From the NCBI GenBank assembly GCA_036172245.1, contig JAYWIR010000016.1, positions 806,001 through 870,000 on the forward strand: a stretch of DNA of 64,000 bases, read 5' to 3'. How positions within the stretch are numbered: position 1 is the stretch's first letter; every line of letters starts with the position of its first letter. Below the pieces are notes generated by a model that worked only from the letters and a program-made list of their open reading frames with translations, searched no databases and was not told the origin of the DNA. Below, one piece after another: positions 26,301 through 38,300 of the stretch. The stretch is from Raillietiella orientalis. Taxonomy: Eukaryota. The position numbers were made by a program, and so were the translations under genes.

Positions 26301-29300
26301 TCTCGCTCTCCTTTTCATTTTTCATGTTTTCTTTTTTTTTTTTGACGCTTATTCCCGAATCCTGTCGGTCCCTGATCTGCTGCTGGAAAAAAAAACAGAA
26401 AATGAAAAAGAAAAAAGAAGTGCAGTTGGCCACCCTGCGTGACACCAGCCAGATTTGGGGGGATCTCGCGCAAACCCTCACGCCGTGCACCAACGCGCTC
26501 CGCGTGATCCCGAGACTTTCGTGTCCCCGCGATCCGCAGTGCCCCATTTCTTCGGTGGCGCTTCGGAAGTTTTTTGAACTCAAATCCTCGGTCCCGCCTC
26601 CACAGCTTCTCATGCTTCCCGGGAAACGCGCGTCCGCGTCGACGGCTCCGTCCTTCCCGGACCTCTTCCGCCGTGATCGCCGTGATTTTTCGTGCGTCTT
26701 CCCCCCCCCCCCCCCCCCCACCAGCCACTTCTTGCGCGTCCAGCCGCGAAGTCCTGCTGTCTCCCGAGCATCCCGATGCGCCGCGGGCATCCCCCCTTCC
26801 TTCTCCGAGATCGCTTGGCACAGAAGAGAGTGACGTGGAGATTCTGCTAGGTGTCGTCACCACCACGCGGATAAGCCACGCAACACCTGCCTCCCTCTAC
26901 GCTCACGCGAGCACCAGGAATTGGGAGTGCTACACCAACGATCAACGGTGCAAGGACATTTCCCTGCAGCTAATCGAGGAGTCTCCGGGAAGGGACTTCA
27001 AGGTGAGGAGGGAGGCGGGCGCCCCCGGAGACGTAACCTTTCTTCCCACCAGGTGATCTTCGGCGGAGGCCTGCAGACCTTCCTGCCTGCCGACGACACA
27101 GGGAGCACGGACAACAACACTTGTAGGCGGCAGGATTCCAGGAATCTCCTGGATGAATGGAAGAACAGCATGCAGCGCAGGAATCTCAGCCACGCCTTCC
27201 TGAGCAACCAGGAGGAGCTGAGGCTCCTCGACGTGACCCAAACCGACACGATCATGGGTGAGTCCTTCCCTCGCTTTCGGGCGACGTGGGGGATCGGGGA
27301 GAGCAGGTCTGTTTGCTCCCGGGCACCTGCCCTACCACCTGGACAGGAAGGAGGACGAACCTGCTCCTCTGCTCCACGAGATGGTCGAGAAAGCGGTGCA
27401 GCGCCTGGCGAAGAGCGATAGCGGTTTTCTGCTGATGGTAAGGTCTCCCCCTCCCCCTCCCCTCCCGTCCGCCTCCTGATTGCTGGCCAACACGCGTATG
27501 CTCCCCTCCCTCCCGTCCAGGTAGAGGGAGGGCACATCGACCGGGCCCTGCACGAAAACAAGGCCAAAAAGGCCCTGGTCGAATTGCTGGAATTCGACAA
27601 GGCGATCGAGGTAGCGTACAATTTGACCGATCCGAAAGACACGCTAATCATAGTGACGGCCGACCACTCCCACACACTCACCATGAGTGGGTACCCGGTC
27701 AGAGGAAATGACATCTTGGGTAAGTGGTAGGGACTGGTCTTCCTCCTGGAGAGGGGTGGGGATGAGCACCCGCGACGCTGCACGCTTGGGGAATTCTCCC
27801 TCCCTCCTGCGCGTGCTCTTTGTGTGTCCGTGGTACCCTGAAGTGCTGAGGTGCGCAGAGGCGGCGGCGCTCTCCTCTGGAGGGTCTCGTGTGGGTGCAA
27901 GGGGGGGAGGACGCTGCCCTACGACCCCCCTCATCCGATCCCTGCGAGTAGAGATCAGGAGGAAACACTGCAGCAGGAAACACTGACTGAGGAGTTTCCT
28001 CCTGAACAATCGCAGCTCGAGGGAAACTCTGCAAGCAGAGTTTCCTTTGAGCTGGGGCGATTCCAATTGAGCAGCAGAGGCCGTTCTAGGACGAAGAACC
28101 GACCTTGGTATCGCACCACGGAGAGTCAGGGGTTCTCCCGGAGGAAGAACTTCCCAGGTAGGAAAGGATGGAGAAGAAACGATTTCGGAAGATGAGAGGA
28201 GAACGGGGGCGGGTGCTCCGCAAAACCATTGGGCAGAATCAGGGTCTGAGGGAGCGACCGAGCTGGCGGCCGCTGGCTGCTGCGGTCTCCGTGCTCCGTA
28301 CCAAGCGTCGCCGGTTCGAGTGTGGTGAAGAAGCGCGCCAATCCCTTCGGAGAAACCGGGAAGCATCCCTTCGGGGTTCGCTTCAGAGAAGGAGGAAACA
28401 GGGAGCGGTTCCCTTGCAGGTTCCCTCCTCAGAAGAAACGGATGGCTCCCTTCGGAAAGGGCAAAGAAGAGGGCTTTCCCTTGCGGGTTCCCTAACAAAC
28501 ATTAGAGGAACGGACTCCTTCCTCCAGAGCTCTTCCCGGATTCAAAGGGTGGACCCTCCGGAATCACCCTCCAACTTGAAGAATCGTCTGGGCGAACGCC
28601 TCTTCTCGCGGCTGCGCTGTCCTCTGCCGCCATCTCCGCGTTCGGCCCTCTCCCATAGGGGCATCGAGTGCGTGCGGTCGCGCGCGCGCGCACCGGGGGA
28701 ACTCCCAAGAGGTGCGCGGATGACAACCGCGCAAAGAAATGGCATCAACAGAGGGAGCCAGGCGAGATCCAGAAAGAGTGGGAGGGAGACCTCGGAGTTC
28801 CTCTCAGGAATGCCCATTGCCACCTTCGTGGGCAGGGCCGAGGGTGCTCGTCCAGCAAACGGGTTCAAGACCACGAGGGAAGGGATGGAGAGCGGAGTCG
28901 AGAGAGCTTCCCGACGCCTACGGAGGCCCTTCTTCCTCTGTATCTGGGATGGCCCCGGATGCCACCCGTGACCTGGTTGCCACGTTTCTCTAGAAGGGCT
29001 CGTCCTTCGTGACGCAGATGCGAGGTTTCCGGAAGTCTCCCGTGCTGAACTTCCTGCCGCCCGCGTCGCGCAACAGCGAATCCTTCGAACGGCCGATGGA
29101 GACAGAGAGGGACACCGCAAGGAATCGACCCCGGTCCGCGAGGGACGCTGCCTCGGCAGGAGTGGCGCGAGTTGTCAGCTGCCGACCCTCGGCGGCCAGG
29201 GCTGAGACCAAGGGGATGCAGGACTGGTGTGACCTTTCCCTTGCAACGCCCTCGAGGAAGTTTGTTTCGGCGGAGAGGAACGGCTGCGCCGCGACAAACT

Positions 29301-32300
29301 TTAGAGCTCGAGGAATCGCGGTCGTGGTCTCCAGGCGGTAGCAGCGTCGTGCCCTCGGCGTCCGCACGCGATCGGGCTGCCCTCCGCGATCGCAGCTTTC
29401 AGAAGGACGCTGAGGAAGCTCTAAAGCGCTTCACGTGAAAAGGGGTTTCCGTTGCAACCGGTCAACGGGAGGGGAGCGCGCTTCGGATGCGTGTGTTCCG
29501 TCGACCGCATCTGCCACCTGATAGTGGAGGCATCTGCGTGACGCTGCTTCCATCGATCTTCAAATGAGAAGCCAAACATGCCGATCCTGTGACCATCATC
29601 AGCATGCGCGAAAGGTCTAGCCGTGCTTTGCGAGCACCGGCGGGAGCATCTCAGCTTCCCGTGTCTTCTTACCTCCTATAAGGAATTGCCAGGGCGCCCC
29701 CTGGGATACATCGTCTTGGCATTTTTTTCTTTGCCTTTCGGCAGTCGCCCTGCAGTGCTGGGTTTTTTTTTTTTTGGAAGGGGGGGAGTCGCTGTTGAGG
29801 CTTTGAGCTTTCGAGATGCTCGACGGCCGCTTTGCCTCTTCCGAGGGAGCACACGCAAGAGTCTTTGGTTGGACCCCCATCTGGAGGGACACCCCGGAGC
29901 ATGGGGCGAGAGCCGGTAAGGCGACATGGAATGTGCCAAACGGACGAGGCCTGTCTCTCTTGGAGAACCATGGTGACGGCTGGCGGATGGCACGGGATTT
30001 CGAAGGTGTCCCTCCCCCCCTGAGCGCTGCCCCGCCAGAGGGGGATCCAACCAAGGACTCTTGCGCGGCCTTCAGTGCCTTTCGGATGCAAAATCAAACT
30101 GTCGCGGAGCAGCTCGGCGGCACAGCCAATGCATTTTCCGGGGCTGCAAAGATCATTAGGAAATTGCGTCCCGTCGGTTCGGAGGTGTGGCCTTCGGGCA
30201 GAAGGCGCGCGGCGAAGCTGGGTCGAAGGCTTCCGGACCGCTGACCCTCGACGGCCAGAGGGAGGGACGGGCGCTTTTTTCCCGAGCCGACACTCCCTAC
30301 CGGCTCGGGAAAAAAGAGGTCGCCCCTTCTCTCCCTGCTTTTCTCCCTCCTCCTCCTCCCTTCTCCTTCAGGAGCGCCTTGCCCGCATGTCTACTCTTCC
30401 CGTCGGACCGACACTCCCCTACCATCTCTTGGAGACAATCCCCCCTTCCTCCCCCCTTCCTTTTCCTCGTCTCTCGAAGAGTGGATTTGCGAACCGGCAC
30501 TTCCGCCAACGCAATCGGTGCGGAATTCGAGAAAGCCAGCAAAACGCCAGAAAGTAGGGACTGTTGACCATATTTCGGTTTCCCTTGGCGCTTGAGCAGT
30601 AGGGGCGAACCGCTGTCCGCGGCCTGCTGGCGGGCAGGTTCTCTCATGCATTTCAAGACGAAACCCCCGTTCGCTGCCCTCTTCCATCCCACTTTCCCAC
30701 GGGAAAGACGTTTAGTCGGTCTTCAGCTAGGGTGGCAGCACCAGCACGCGTCCGCAGACTGTCCTCAGTCTTCAGGAGAATCAGAAAGGAGATGAAGATT
30801 TCGGATGACAGTGCTTACTCCTCCCCTCCCCTTCCCAATTCGTCATTGCGTTGCCTCCTGCCCTCCGTCTCCTCCAGCTTCGAAGCCACCAGGAATGTTC
30901 CCAATACGATGGCAGCGAATCCGATTCCCGGAAGCAGGAGGATTCCCGCGCTCGGTATCATCGGTGCCTTCCTCCTCCGCGGAGAGGCCTGCGCGTCTTC
31001 TTAGCCCGGGCCGCAGAGGCGCGCCGGAATCTCCCACGGGCTGCCCGAATCGTTTCGAGCCGGCGAGGCACCCGCACGTGGCCTGGGAAACTTTTCGGTA
31101 GATACCTGAGCATTTCCCCACCCCCGAGGCGCTTGACTGACACTGAGTCCGAATTCCTGCGGATGCTGTGCCGCCTCGAGGTCCAGTCCGCGCCGATCAT
31201 CAGCAGCATCTCTTTCCGGAGCCGGACGGGAGGCGACGATCCAGTTTGCCGGGCTTCCGATCGCATCAGCGGTGGAGAAGGGTGGCAGGGGATTCCGGAA
31301 AGACGTGAGAACTCCCGGTTGAACCGGGCAGTTTGGGCTTGGAAGGGGGAAGGGGGGGGGGGGACTGGCACATTCGGCGTCTCCCGTTTCTCGGAACGCG
31401 TTCCGCTATGGCATCTCTTTGTGATCGATCGCAAAGCTCCCCAATCTCCTCCCCATCCCGATTGGCCACCCAATACCTCTGGAGCGTTTGTTGCTATCGA
31501 AGGGGCACACGGCAGGCGGAGCGGAACGCCACGTCATTCGCGAGACAAGGATTGCGGAAGGGGGGGGAGCGCCGATGTCTGGAAGGGCCGGCTGCTGCTG
31601 CTGCTGCTGCTGCTGCTGTTTGCATTCGCATAGCGAATAAACAAATCCAAGGATGCAGGGTGCCTCATGGGTGGGCCGCAGGCCATCCTTTTGGCAGCCC
31701 TGCATCTCCGCGCCACATACGGTGTGTGAGCGATGAGTGCGCAACCATGAGCGTCCCCGCCCTCCTCCCAAGCATTCCTCCTGCTTAGAAAACGGGGTCG
31801 ACTTGAGGGAGGTCCAGGCGGGAACGTAGTCAGCACCTCGAGGGCACGGGCTCCTGCTCCCGGCAGCGGCGATGGCCGAAGGAGCGATTGAACGCTGGAA
31901 GCGGTGGCGAGGAGGGTTCCAGGGGACTCCGGCGCGGGCCAGAGGAGTCACCAGGTCGCAGGCGTGGGAGTGGCTTCCCCAAGTGGGGCTCGGGAGGCGT
32001 TCCGTACGTTTCGGGCTTCCGCGGCTCGTAGGAGTCCTTCCCCCCATCCTTCCATCTACCGGAGGGAGGAGAGAGAGACGTGTACCGATGACCTCGTTGC
32101 AGGAATCGCCGAAAACTCGCCGGTGGACAATCTCCCGTACACCACGCTCAGCTTCGCCAACGGGGTGGGCTTCCAGTACTCGGTGGTGAATGGCAGGGTG
32201 GTCCGCCGCAACCTCAGCACCGTGGACGTGACTGACAAGGACTATGTCCAACAGGCAGCCGTCCCCAGGGAGAACCACGACGAGACCCACGGAGGGGAGG

Positions 32301-32619
32301 ACGTGGCCATCTACGCGTCAGGTGAGGAGGTCGGCAGGTGGTCGGCAGCGCGCGCGCGAAGGTTGTGGCGACGAACGGGTGAAACGTGCCCCCAGGACCC
32401 TGGTCGTCCCTTTTCCATACCCTCCACGAGCAGAGCTACGTGGCGCACGTCATCGCGTACGCGTCGTGCATTGGGCCGCGCAGGCACGCGTGCGCGGCCG
32501 ACGTCGGCGACGTGTCCCCGGCGGTCGACACCGATGCAGCCGCTTCCACCTCCGCCTCACTGGACCCGCGCCTCTGGGCGCCGTTGATCCTGGCGATCCT
32601 CTTCCTTTGGCTGAGATGA
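23343..32619 (+). CDS. Alp: Alkaline phosphatase, membrane-bound (GPI-anchored type); first coding exon(s) not firmly located
   Basis: Phase-compatible GT-AG exons 23343-23566, 24801-24993, 26851-27002, 27053-27257, 27307-27437, 27521-27719, 32103-32321 and 32396-32619 give ~514 aa. Motifs: [12 protein letters not shown], catalytic Ser [47 protein letters not shown]. The hydrophobic C-terminus ([15 protein letters not shown]) resembles a GPI signal. Confidence 0.96.
28008..28062. repeat. Short near-perfect hairpin
   Basis: cagctcgagggaaactctgc-aa-gcagagtttcctttgagctg; the two mismatches are G-U pairs on the + strand. Confidence 0.85.
29841..30085. repeat. Long imperfect inverted repeat in the large alkaline phosphatase intron
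   Basis: 29854-29884 matches the reverse complement of 30035-30065 at 28/31. Further arms: ggagggacacc/ggtgtccctcc and ccgagggagcac/gtgcctttcgg. Confidence 0.85.
31591..31618. repeat. (GCT)9 microsatellite, intronic
   Basis: Read directly from the sequence. Confidence 0.9.
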
Positions 32620-35352
32620 AACCGGAGAGCTCCCGAGACGGAGGGAGGAGAAGAGGGGAAGGGGGAAAAGCATCGCCGACTCCGTCCATCCCCCTCCCGG
32701 TTCTCGGTTTTCGGATGTGCGGACGGTGCCTTCGGAAAAAGGAGACGGGAGGATAGGAAGGAGGAAGGAAGGACTCGAAAAAAAGGAAAGGAAAACCAGT
32801 GCGGGAAGGGGATCTGCTCCCGATCCCCTTACAAAAATAAAAATGAAAAAAAAAAAAAAAGTGTTCATTGTTGCCATGCGGGCTTCCAGGGACACGATCT
32901 GGAAAACCGTTCCAAGTCAGCTCGGGCGTCAAGAGAGTCTCGAGGCTCCCCCTCAGAGGCGGCAGAGACCCTTGGCCCGCAGCTAGGGAAGGGCCCGCAC
33001 GGCGGGCGAGGAATCCTTCCCCCCTCCAGTACAGGAGCAAGATCGACCTCGGAAAGGCGGGGTTCGCCATCCGAGATCGCCCGGCTACGAGATGCCGAGC
33101 TCTCCACTTCCCGAGAGGACGCCAGAGGACCACCGGGACCCTTCCCGGGAATATCTGGCACCCTCCTGAGGTGGACGCCCCTTTTGGAACGAGTGGGAGG
33201 GTTGGGTGCGGGGCGAGTTGGCAGAGGCCGGCTGCAGCTGGAGTTGGGCTTCCTCCCCGGCGTATCTTTCGGCCAGGATGCAGCCTCATCCCTTGCTGCC
33301 TCCCCCTCTCAGGACTTCCGGTTCTCCTGCCCCGAACGGCTTCGCCGTCGAGACGGTGGACGACAAAAAGGGAGGCCCCTTTCTTCCCTTTCCCTCTTCC
33401 CTTCCTTTTTTCCCCCTCGTGAGTGGAGACCCACCTCGGGCTGAGCTCCTCCGGGAACCCTTTCTGCCCACCCGCTCTCGGCAAGTCCGTAATGGTCCAG
33501 GGCGCGCAGAGGCGGCCTCATCTTCCATCGCAGCTCCTCCCCGCATCCCCGGAAGGCTACACCCAGGAGGCCGAAAGCGACCTCGCAGCGTTCTATACCT
33601 CCGCACGTGGATGAAGAGTCCTCCGAAGCCGGGTGAGGAGGAATCCTCCGCGGGGGATGGGAGCAGCCATGCTCGAGGGCCAGGGAGGGGACTGGAGGAG
33701 GAGGGAGGGAAAGACTACCTGGCTGCTCGCGGTGGGGATGCAGAGGAGGGAAGGAAGAGACGCGATGGCTCCAGCAGCAGGTGATTTTTGCGGCACGGGG
33801 TGGCTCAGGAACGAGGTAGGTAGGCGTACCCGGAGCGGGACGTAAACGGGCATCCGGGAGAGTCCAGGTCTCCTCCCGCGTTCCCCGTCTCGTCGGGCTT
33901 ATTGCGGCTGTCTCCGTTTCCTTCGAATTTCTGTCCCGCCCTCCCTGAAGGCGGCGTTGCTACTGAAGGGGGCATAGTGGCGAGTGTTTGTAAGGGAGCG
34001 CGCGCGCATCCCCCTCACTGCCCCGGCTCGGGGAGGAGGGCGAAGTAAGAAAAGGGCAGCTCGCTGCCCTTGGCCCCTCCTCTCCCGCTCTCTCCTCCTC
34101 TCCGTTCCCCACATACACACATCCCGTTGGCCGTTCCCCACTTCCCAATCTCTTCCTGGGCTTCGGGACAGATGGGATTTACGTGCGGAGGGAGGGGGAG
34201 GGGTTCGGAGAGAACCAGAAAGGGGTCCTGGGCCGCCGAAGCTTTAAGTCAAAGTGGTGCTTCTCACATCCCTCGGGTGTTTCTGCAGGGAGGAGGGAGG
34301 AGAGGAGTGTGTGTGCTGCGGAGTCGAATCTTCGCCTGCCGAGGGATGCGCGTCGACTAGGTTGGACCTATCTTGCCTGCGAGATGCGAGAGCGGGTCCG
34401 AAACAGCAGGGAATCCCATGGGCGGAGGGAAGGAACGAGATTGGGATGAGGGCTGCGGCTCCAGCCGCAGATGCTGCTGCGGAAGCCGCCGCCAAGAGAC
34501 GAGGAAAAGGGGTCGGGGATCCGAAGGTAAGGGTAGACTTGCGGGCGCGGATATACTGAAGAAGGGAGGAGAAAGGGGAGGGAAAGAAGCAGCAGTCCTG
34601 TCCGTACATCCTTCTCTCCGCGTCCATTTCCACAGAAACGGCGTGCTCTACCTACTGGAGCGCTGACAACGGGCAGCCCTCCCGAGCACGGCGTTTTTTT
34701 TTTTTGTTTCTTTTTTTTTTAAAAAAAAAAAGGTGGAAGAGAGTGGGGAGCCCTAAGCAGGAGGGATGATGCAGTAAGAGAGAGGATTATTATTTTTGGA
34801 CCTATGGAAATGTGGGAGGAAGGGGAGGACTCCCGGAATCCGCAGCTGCCGAAAGGTGAGCGGAAGGAAGGAAGCGCGCCGCGCGCGGAAGCTGCAGCCG
34901 TTCTCGTACCCACAAGTTGCCTGGGAATCTCTTTGAACGCTTCTCGGCCTTTTGGCTAAGATCAAAGGGAGGAATGGATACTCAGGGGGTCCAGAGCTGG
35001 AAGGGTCAGGTGGCTGACGGTGGATGGAACTAGGAAAAGTGGTCTTGCAGCAACGCCTACGATTCCTCCAGGGTCCACGGTGGGTGCACGCGTTTGGTGT
35101 GCTCCTCTCCCCTCCGCTACCAGTCCCAGTCCCTTTGTCCAGAAAGCAGGAGAGGCATCCGCAACGACCCTGGAGCCCATGTGGCAGCAGTGCATGCTAG
35201 TGGGTGGCGCACGCTCAGGTGGAGACTCGCCACACCCTCCCTTCCTTCCCTCGTTCGAGGCCATTGCCTTAAGGTGGTTCTCCCATACCGCCCATCCAGA
35301 GAAACCAGCTCCACTTACCGGGGAGAAGAGAGGGAGAAGGAGAAGAGGTATG

Positions 35353-38300
35353 GAGCCAGTTTTTACTGCAGAGACGTCTTCGGGAACGCCTAGGCGGAAG
35401 CCGAATCGTAGCAGGGGGCGCGGCCCTGGCTCCACCCAGCCCTTGGTTCCGGAAGTCTGGCGGCTGCCAAGAGGCGTTACGGGAGCGCATAGAGGGAGGT
35501 TCGGATCCTCCGCTCAAAGCAGGGGGGCGGAAATCCTGCTGTCTCCGTTCGAGCAGCCTCGAAGCGGAGGGAGCTGGCAGGAGGTGACTGAGAGCTCCCC
35601 TGGGGAGACCACCGTCGACTCTAGAGGGAAGGGTGGAGGGGAAAGTCGTCTTGGAAGCTGCTCGGGCGGCGAGACGACTGAAAGAGACATCTTGCCCCCA
35701 CACTTCCTCTCCCGCGTCATCGACCTGTGGGAAAGAACCACCTCCGACCTGAGGGCAAAATCCACTTCCCTCCCACACGCAAACTTCACTGGTTATGAGG
35801 ACGCCTTCCGAGATCACATGCACATCACTCCCCCCTTTCCACACTCGTGCTTGCAGGCGGTTGCAAGTCCCGAAACGCCCTGACTGGGACAACAGAAGCA
35901 CTCGTCGGGTTCGGGAAGGCAGCGCCCCCCTCCGCCCCTCATGCGTTGTTCAAGCGGGCGGCTAGCGGCCGCACTAAAGCACTCCAGGGCCCACAAACAG
36001 GGGCTTCTGAAGTGCGTGGTTCCTCCTTGTCCCCTCTTCTGTGGGTGCGCAGCCTCGACCCCAGGAAGGAACTGGCAGGCAACATGGAGCCAACCATCGA
36101 GCAGTGAGCAAGGGCAGGGATGGATAAGCCATCCTTCACTCTCCCCCCTGTGAGGGAGAGAAGGGGGGGAGTAGAAGGTTGAGAGGATCTGCCACCCAGT
36201 GGATGAGGCGCCAACCGGCTTCAGCGGAAAGGCAACCGCTAAAGAGGAAGGAGGAGGGGTAGGACGTTTCCCTCGGTCCCTACCTCCCAAGCAACTCCCC
36301 TCGGTTTTCCCCCGTGATCGTCAAAGAAACAAATTGTATTTGCATGCTTCATGAAGCTGTTCGAGGGTCGCCCGGAAGAGAGAGAAGGGCAGGGGAAGAA
36401 GAGGGAGTAGCCTTTTCAGGCATCCTCATAGAATTTGTACATCCTGCCGTCCAAAGTTTCCAGGAAGACGAAGTTTTCGTCGCGGCATCCTTCCTCCGGG
36501 TAGGTGACCATCTCGGAACTTCCCTTGGCGTCGCACGTCCTCTTGATGATGACGCACGTGTCCAACATGCGGACGAGGCACAGCATCATCACCTGGAAGA
36601 TGTAGATCGCATCCATCCCTTCCACATCCCGCTTCTGAGAGGGGAAGGAGGTAGGGAGTCTTCCCATGGCCCTCCCTGCTAACTCCCGGTTCTTCTCCCT
36701 CTCCCGAGACTCGGGAGGAGGCGGGAGACGGGAAGGAACGCCTCTCCGAAAAGAATGTCTCCCTCTGTCCGGTTCCTCCCTGTAATGCGTGCGGGAAGGA
36801 GGAGTGCCCCGGTCCTTCCTTCTTTGACCCGTCCTCGCCAGAGCTTGCCGAGAGGCGTCTCGAGGCCGGCAGCAGCGACGGTCAGCGCAGTGTCAGAGCA
36901 AGCAACGACCACCGCCCTCTCCCCTTGCATACCCTCTGCTCACTTGAACTGTTGCCCGTTTCTTGAGGAGGGACCCGCCCACACTTCAACTTCACTCCTG
37001 CGGGAGGTTACGTTGGCCACCCTACATTTCCCTCACCTTCGGGGTCATCCCAGGGACACCCTGCTCTCCCGAACTTCCCGCAGAGACGGATCCTCCACCT
37101 CCGTTCACCCTTCCTGCCTCCTTTCTAGCTGCCGGATCCCGTGCAGGAATGCTGCCCGCCCCCAGGGGAGAGGGACGAGAAGAAAAGGGAGGAAAAGGGA
37201 GGAGAAAGGGGGTTTGCTGAGGGTGGTGGGGGAGAAAGGGGGAGGTGAAGGAGTGGGAATCCACCGAACGTCTACCCACCCCCAACTCCTCTTTTCCTTC
37301 CCGCTCCCACAGGGGGACGAGTGCAGGAAGCCGATCGGAAACAAGGAGGCAGCTCCTGCGCGCGGACGCCTCCTCTCCCCCCTCTGCAAACCTCCACCCG
37401 CGTGGGGAATGGACGGGAGGAATTCCCTTTTCGTCTTTCCCGCGACTCCCCCTTTGTAAGGAGTCAGGGCGCTTACGTCGTCCACTTTCACGACCTGTAC
37501 CGTACTGTTGTGGATCCACGTGATGTGGTTGAGACGGTTCATGATCCACCTCAAGGGGGTCCTGTTATCCACGTCGCCGAAGAGTTCCTTCCAGAGCTTC
37601 GCGTTGGGGCCGTAGCCATCGTTCACCTTCATCCAGTAGTATTGCCTCATCACGTACGACAGCATCTGCAGCTTCAGCCCCTCACAGATCATTGTCCCGA
37701 AGCGCTGGTTGCTCTCCAGCGCCTCGACGACGAACCTCTCTCTGAACTGCTCGGGCACCTTCCGGGTCCTCTTCACCTGGAAGGGGAAAGGAGCGGCCGG
37801 GAAGCGCGTCCGAGGAGCCGATGTCTCCCTTACGAACAGCTTGAGAGCGCACAGACAGCCACGCATCCAGGCGACGCGATCCTCCAGGTCCTCCCCGAAC
37901 TCCTCCTCGTCCAGCGGGGGGTTCAGCCGCCAGATACCCAGCATGTCCCATTTCCCGAATTCGTTGAACACCTCCTCGTACTCCTTTCTCGGGGAGAAGA
38001 GGTCGCCCTCGAAGTGGACGAGGTTCTTCAGGACCACACCGGCCAGAACGGCCTTGAGCACGGCATACCCGTTCGGTCCGAAGAGGACTTTGTGCCGTGG
38101 AAATGGGACGTAGCCACTGACCACCAGCGATTGTACCATCTCCAGGAAGTCGGCAATTTCGCATTGCTGGTCGTCGCTTCCTCCTAGCGGCAGGGAACTA
38201 AAAGTTCACGCGTGCGAGATGGGTGCCAACTCCTTTCCCCTCGTTCCCTCCGCCTTCAAAGACGGGCGAAAGCACCCGGTTGCCCACCTTCCGCGCACGG

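Noticed and set aside
31406..32290. Poly-Gln ORF on the minus strand
   Set aside because: Produced by the intronic GCT microsatellite and by lying antisense to an Alp exon.
27900..34700. Deltavirus- or viroid-like element suggested by GA/CT-rich GC sequence and hairpins
   Set aside because: No delta antigen-like ORF and no HDV or hammerhead ribozyme core recognised; an Rfam scan would settle it.
37105..38139. 344-aa ORF read as a single-exon or viral gene
   Set aside because: It contains a canonical in-frame 57-nt intron and reads through a donor at 37476 into low-complexity intron sequence.
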